A stretch of DNA of 64,000 nucleotides from an uncultured Candidatus Saccharibacteria bacterium. GTDB lineage: Bacteria > Patescibacteriota > Minisyncoccia > Phycocordibacterales > UBA3531. The notes beneath the pieces were generated by a model that ran no database searches, was not told where the DNA came from, and saw nothing but the letters and a program-made list of their open reading frames with translations. Location of the stretch: the NCBI GenBank assembly GCA_964361405.1, contig CAYIAA010000001.1, positions 84,917-148,916 on the forward strand. The letters run 5' to 3'. A program made the position numbers and the translations under genes. This document shows, piece by piece, positions 59,917 through 64,000 of the stretch (position 1 is its first letter; every line of letters starts with the position of its first letter).

Positions 59917-61065
59917 TTATTGCGTGCTGTCGGCTCCGCGCGACCAGACGCTCACGCCGTTTGGTTCTTTGCCGACGGAAATCTTGGCGATTTCGGTATC
60001 ACTCGCTGTGTCGATAACAGATAAGTCTCCGCTTAAGAGGTTTGTGATATACACACGCGCCCCATCGTTTGAGACGGCGATGCCATGCGGGCCGTCCCCG
60101 ACTGTAATTTCCTTTGCGACCGCCATGGTCCCAAGATCGATTTTATAGACGAGCGATCCCTGTGGCTGCCCGGAATAGTATCCTTGGTCGGCAAGGTAAA
60201 CGTATTGCGAATCCGGGGTCGCGTACATCTGGATGGGTCCCTTTGATCCATTGGGCAAATCGATCATTCTGACTGACGCATCGCGGACTGTATAGACGGC
60301 GAGTTGTTTCGTATCGTAGAGCGAAGCGACGACGTATCTCCCGTCCGCGGTGATGCCGACTTGCACCGCTTTTCCACCGAGCGGGACGATTGAGAGCTCG
60401 TTTGAGGCAATGTCGAGAATGCCAAGCGATTTCCCGCCGAAGTTTGCGATATACGCCGTTTTACCATCGGGACTGACACGCACACCGTGTGGTTCGGGAG
60501 GCGTTTTCTCGGGGCCGACCGCCGGCACGAAGATTCTTTTTTCGATCTCGAATGTTTCCGCGTTTATTTTATAGATAACACCCTTTGTCTGCGCCGTCAC
60601 AATGGCAGTTTTGCTGTCGGGTGTGATGGAAACGTGGGCGAGGTGTATACCGCGCTCGATGGGGATGCGCTTTATAATGCGGTCGGTTATCGGGTCAATG
60701 ACGATCACTTCGTCGGAATCGTCACCGGCTTCTTTTTCTTCTCCGTGCGCATTAGCTTCCGGCACGACCCGGGACGCGTGTCCTTGGTGGGAGCCAGAAT
60801 TTGCCGTTACCCAGACGCTTCGCATATCGGGCGCGACTTGCACATTGTGGGGCGCGTAGGGGAGTATACCTCCATCATGCTCGACCGCGAGACTGATTTT
60901 TGAGATAACTTTTTGTTTTATTGGATCGACGACGGCGATGAATCCGTCGCCCTCGACGGCAGTGTAGACTTTTTCTCCAGGAAGTTCCCGGGGGATTGCT
61001 TGGTATCCGATAATTGCCACCGCTCCGGTGACGATGAAAAGCGAGAACAGTACCAGTTTGTTCAT
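59917..61065 (-). CDS. secreted or anchored YVTN-type beta-propeller repeat protein
   Basis: N-terminal hydrophobic anchor and repeated units of about 40 aa (…DG..VYVTN/…DGKTAYIANFG…). Confidence 0.6.
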   Translation of the reverse strand: MNKLVLFSLFIVTGAVAIIGYQAIPRELPGEKVYTAVEGDGFIAVVDPIKQKVISKISLAVEHDGGILPYAPHNVQVAPDMRSVWVTANSGSHQGHASRVVPEANAHGEEKEAGDDSDEVIVIDPITDRIIKRIPIERGIHLAHVSITPDSKTAIVTAQTKGVIYKINAETFEIEKRIFVPAVGPEKTPPEPHGVRVSPDGKTAYIANFGGKSLGILDIASNELSIVPLGGKAVQVGITADGRYVVASLYDTKQLAVYTVRDASVRMIDLPNGSKGPIQMYATPDSQYVYLADQGYYSGQPQGSLVYKIDLGTMAVAKEITVGDGPHGIAVSNDGARVYITNLLSGDLSVIDTASDTEIAKISVGKEPNGVSVWSRGADSTQ

Positions 61066-61142
61066 GGGTTCAAATTTCTTATTAGCTTTTTAATCAGATT
61101 GTATTATATCATCCGTTTCTATACCGGGGCAATTTCTCTTAT

Positions 61143-61787
61143 TTAATGTGTAAGCGGGTGACGCTGTGGTTTCTGCCACGCGGTCAGTTTTCCGGCTTTT
61201 TGCTCGATAGGATCAGCGCGCCTTAGGAAGCGGGCGCGCGCGGAGGTTACGATGGGGAAGTGGCGCGCGGCGACGAGCGCACGTTCGATGTACCAGAGAT
61301 CTTCTTCGTCCGTCGTCCAGTTGCGGCGGTTGAAGCGCGCGAGATTTAACGTTCCGTATGAGCGGAGCGTTTTCGTGCCGGAATCAAGAAAATATTCGTG
61401 GAAATAGGAAATTGCAAGTTCCCGCACACTGCGATACACCGGATCCCGATAGCGCAGCGCGGCATGGTTCGTTTTGCTTACTGCACCCCAGCGCCCGCGC
61501 TCGCGGAAGACGGTCACTACATGACTTTCGTCATTTGGTGTTGTTTCAAGGTCAAGGAGAAGCGGCGGACGGCCGTGGACAGCGAGCGCGGAGGCGGCGA
61601 ATACTGCGCCCTCAAGACAGTGTGCTTTTCTCTCGCGGAGGATGCGCCGTGGAGACATGAATGTGTCGTGGTGTTCTTCGAAATTGATTGGCAGGGTTTC
61701 GAGAAAATCTTGGATGTGCCTTGGGTTTTTCAGTTTTTGGAACACGCGGAGTTCTTTTTCATTAAAACCAAGTGCGTGTCGCGCCAT
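61143..61787 (-). CDS. hypothetical protein, possibly transglutaminase-like Cys-His fold
   Basis: AHCLEGAVFAASAL (Cys in a G-x-C-x-x-x-A-x-FA-like context) and downstream DESHVV. Start placed at the internal ATG 61787 with TATACT upstream. Confidence 0.5.
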   Translation of the reverse strand: MARHALGFNEKELRVFQKLKNPRHIQDFLETLPINFEEHHDTFMSPRRILRERKAHCLEGAVFAASALAVHGRPPLLLDLETTPNDESHVVTVFRERGRWGAVSKTNHAALRYRDPVYRSVRELAISYFHEYFLDSGTKTLRSYGTLNLARFNRRNWTTDEEDLWYIERALVAARHFPIVTSARARFLRRADPIEQKAGKLTAWQKPQRHPLTH

Positions 61788-61804
61788 AGTTTGTAGTATA
61801 TCTG

Positions 61805-61848
61805 AAAAATAAAAAGGAAAACGCCGCGAGATCAAATATCTCGCGGCG
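61805..61848 (-). terminator. hairpin (11-bp stem cgccgcgagat/atctcgcggcg) plus T-tract on minus strand, upstream of the 61787 gene promoter
   Basis: Minus-strand downstream sequence is ttttcctttttatttttc. Confidence 0.5.
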
Positions 61849-61994
61849 TCCCCACCGTCTGGTTGTTCCCCCTTTGTGCTCCGCTCGAAGCGAAGATTCA
61901 TGCATCAAAGCAACCAGACGGCAGTAAAAATCTCGATATGCTTTTCCTCCGTCAGATTAAAATACTTTCAAATTCTTTGCAAGGTTGTGGCAAT

Positions 61995-62046
61995 AGATAA
62001 CAAAAGCCGCCGCCAGACAGGAAACGACTTTTGTCTGGGGCGGCGC
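61995..62046 (-). terminator. rho-independent terminator after the 62063..62521 gene
   Basis: Imperfect GC stem gccgccgccagaca / tgtctggggcggcg, then minus-strand ttttgttatc. Confidence 0.55.
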
Positions 62047-62062
62047 TAGTCCGTCCGGACGA

Positions 62063-62521
62063 TCATGTTGAAACTGGAGACAGGCGTGCTAAGAGTCTTC
62101 CATCTCCTGCTCTTCTTCGAGAGCTTGGGTTTGACATCCTCCTGATTCTCTCGGGAGGGGGCCTACTTGACCCCATCTGCTCGAGCACATCAGCGTCGTG
62201 AACCGAGATAACCGTCACCATGAGCGGAATTTCGTGTGGGGGAAGATAGGGCTCCACGAACTTGTAGGTACAGGGTCCTTGCCCTCTTCTGTGTCTTGTT
62301 CGTGCTTGGCCACTCTTCACCACTGCGTAGCGACGAAGATGGTGAGCCGGAATGGCCCACTCCATCTTGACTCCGTACTGATTCTGCGAGAGAACCCGAC
62401 CCTTCAAATCCAGGGGAAAGATCCCGATGTCCGTGAGAAAATTGCGCGGCATCACGATCTCTTCTCCGACCTTGAATTTCCGCCCCCGATACTGGGAGTA
62501 TTTAGCCTCTTTACGTCCCAT
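62063..62521 (-). CDS. hypothetical basic protein (152 aa)
   Basis: Intact ORF with a dedicated terminator; no family recognised. Confidence 0.5.
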   Translation of the reverse strand: MGRKEAKYSQYRGRKFKVGEEIVMPRNFLTDIGIFPLDLKGRVLSQNQYGVKMEWAIPAHHLRRYAVVKSGQARTRHRRGQGPCTYKFVEPYLPPHEIPLMVTVISVHDADVLEQMGSSRPPPERIRRMSNPSSRRRAGDGRLLARLSPVST

Positions 62522-62635
62522 GTGGGCCTCCTTGCCTACGTCTACCGGTAGTGGTAAGACTTCTGGGATATGTATACCCTATTTCCGCCGTTTTGTACAG
62601 GTAGCGGGTGATAGAAGAGGATGGTGTTTACTAGC

Positions 62636-63187
62636 TTAGCGGATGCCTGTGTCTACGTCGAGAGCGAGCTCCAGTGTCTTATTTGCTTTGACAGAGATGG
62701 TGGTGGGGAAGGTAGTGCGGCAACCGAGGAATTCACACTCCGAGAGAGTAACACGGTAATTGCCTTCCGGTATTTCGTCTTTGAACGTCCCGTCCGGCGC
62801 GAGCTTGATATAAAGCGGGGAATCAACTGGTTTCCCGCCGCCGAGCGGCTCGAGCTTGAGGGTGCGCGACGAATATGGATCGGGCACGGGGCCGGGGCAT
62901 GGCTCGACGGGGCAGAGTGGCCCGATTGTGATACGGCCGGTGACGGTCCCCGATGTGCTAAACCATTCGTTGTCGGTATCTGTATCGTCGCCCCCGCCAT
63001 CATTTGGGCAGGCGGCAAATTCGCAATTGGGGCCTGTACGCCCGACGGCGGAGCCGTCGGGGCAGAGTTTTGCTTCCATGGTGCAGGCAACGAGACCGCC
63101 TCCGTCTTGCCAAGATTTCAGGAAGAATATACCTCCTGCGAGAGTGAGGAGAACAATTACCAGAATGCTAACGGTGATTTTAATCAC
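62636..63187 (-). CDS. secreted/anchored Cys-rich protein (183 aa)
   Basis: N-terminal anchor MIKITVSILVIVLLTLAGGIFFL and 10 Cys in CP..G/C..GC patterns. Preferred over the overlapping plus-strand ORF 62621..63226, which lacks these features. Confidence 0.55.
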   Translation of the reverse strand: MIKITVSILVIVLLTLAGGIFFLKSWQDGGGLVACTMEAKLCPDGSAVGRTGPNCEFAACPNDGGGDDTDTDNEWFSTSGTVTGRITIGPLCPVEPCPGPVPDPYSSRTLKLEPLGGGKPVDSPLYIKLAPDGTFKDEIPEGNYRVTLSECEFLGCRTTFPTTISVKANKTLELALDVDTGIR

Positions 63188-63206
63188 CAGAGTTCAACAA
63201 GAGATT

Positions 63207-63332
63207 CTATTTATTTTTTTTCTTAGCAGCTTTTTTCTCAAGCATCAGCCGTTTGATTTCAAGCCGCTTCTTGGTTTTATGGGAGTGTTTTGATTTTTTG
63301 TGCATTTTTCGTGCACCATCTCTTTTTGCCAT
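63207..63332 (-). CDS. possible small basic Lys-rich protein (41 aa) not in the ORF track
   Basis: Minus-strand ATG at 63332 reads MAKRDGARKMHKKSKHSHKTKKRLEIKRLMLEKKAAKKKNK then stop. Ribosomal-protein-like composition but no family match. Confidence 0.25.
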   Translation of the reverse strand: MAKRDGARKMHKKSKHSHKTKKRLEIKRLMLEKKAAKKKNK

Positions 63333-63352
63333 ATGAATATTTTAATAAAAAG

Positions 63353-63727
63353 TTAGATTTTTATCATCTTAGCGAAAGAACCGATCAGTGGAAGCTCTTT
63401 TTCTCTTCCGTGGGTAACATTTATGATTCCAAGAACAGATAACACAATAGTGGCAAGGTTCCATATATTCCAGAGCATATAAAATTGCCAGCTCACAATA
63501 CTCATTAACAATGGCACAGCAATTTCTAGTCCAAATAATACGAGACCTTGCTTTATGTGATATTTTACAAAGCTATCATCCTTCGCAGAGAGATAAGAGA
63601 CAATGACCAGAGGTCCGATATAGGCCAATATTGCCATTAGGTTCTTATTATCTGCTGAGTTATGGCTTCCACCATGATCTTGAGATTGTGCCGCGTTGCC
63701 AGTCGAATTATAGTTTTGCGAGTCCAT
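63353..63727 (-). CDS. small membrane protein (DUF4870-like two-TM family)
   Basis: LMAILAYIGPLVIVSYL...KYHIKQGLVLFGLEIA is the typical pattern of this family. Low-GC region. Confidence 0.5.
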   Translation of the reverse strand: MDSQNYNSTGNAAQSQDHGGSHNSADNKNLMAILAYIGPLVIVSYLSAKDDSFVKYHIKQGLVLFGLEIAVPLLMSIVSWQFYMLWNIWNLATIVLSVLGIINVTHGREKELPLIGSFAKMIKI

Positions 63728-64000
63728 GAAACTTAACAGTTATTTATAATAACCTTAATTATAACATATGACCCTCTAAGTTTTCTACTGGCTCGCATGG
63801 GAGGACGCCTTCCGAACCACAGAATGGGAGAAAATCTTCCCATTTCCTGATGTTTCTGTGCGTCAGATCCGTTACTTATTGACTTTAGTGTAGCATTTTT
63901 CTCCCTGCTGGAAAATTTTCGAACCGACCCCCAGCCCGAAAAACCAGATTCTTTTTAGAGGGTATATACATGAAAATAGGATCCTCCAGCGCGCTAGTGT

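Noticed and set aside
62621-63226. Plus-strand 201-aa ORF overlapping the Cys-rich secreted protein gene
   Set aside because: The minus-strand ORF has a signal anchor and patterned Cys residues; the plus-strand ORF has neither.

Overview
This window reads as a compact, gene-dense chromosome segment of about 50% GC, most consistent with a Candidate Phyla Radiation (Patescibacteria/Parcubacteria-like) bacterium. That assignment is inference from short-form EF-Ts, aaRSs missing accessory domains, ribosomal proteins with charged tails, a CPR-style T4SS-pilin-like protein and a hinge-less SMC. Core information-processing genes dominate: rpmE-prfA-rpsB-tsf, pheS-pheT, gyrB, thrS-dnaE (minus strand), rnhB-rpmF-nusB/Nudix-rnc-smc, rnr, pepA, rpsP-KH-trmD, rpoB-rpoC-dnaG-rpoD-zupT-xth, a P-type ATPase, glyQS and uppP. 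Also present are tRNA-Thr(UGU), tRNA-Arg(CCG), an alpha-glucan gene cluster (GH15-GH57-GT4), several small genes with near-consensus promoters and terminators, a decayed bcp peroxiredoxin pseudogene, and secreted or membrane proteins. The most interesting feature is a roughly 7.7 kb low-GC island (about 3.8-11.5 kb) beside tRNA-Thr, an HNH endonuclease and a degenerate tRNA fragment. It encodes a nucleotide-sugar dehydrogenase, a hyaluronan-synthase/NodC-like processive GT2, a 1127-aa membrane-anchored fusion of a heparinase II/III-like lyase fold (NH...Y catalytic motif) with a NodB polysaccharide deacetylase, and a secreted beta-sandwich protein. I read this as a candidate glycosaminoglycan-like (uronic acid plus GlcNAc) polymer synthesis and remodelling module, which is unexpected in a CPR genome. 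Second-tier observations are a NusB-NUDIX fusion next to RNase III, a 120-bp inverted-repeat (MITE-like or structured-RNA) element upstream of gyrB, and a sigma-70 with a basic N-terminus. Standard genetic code; no CRISPR array, integrase or rRNA seen. All calls come from reading the sequence and ORF translations by eye; nothing was searched or computed.
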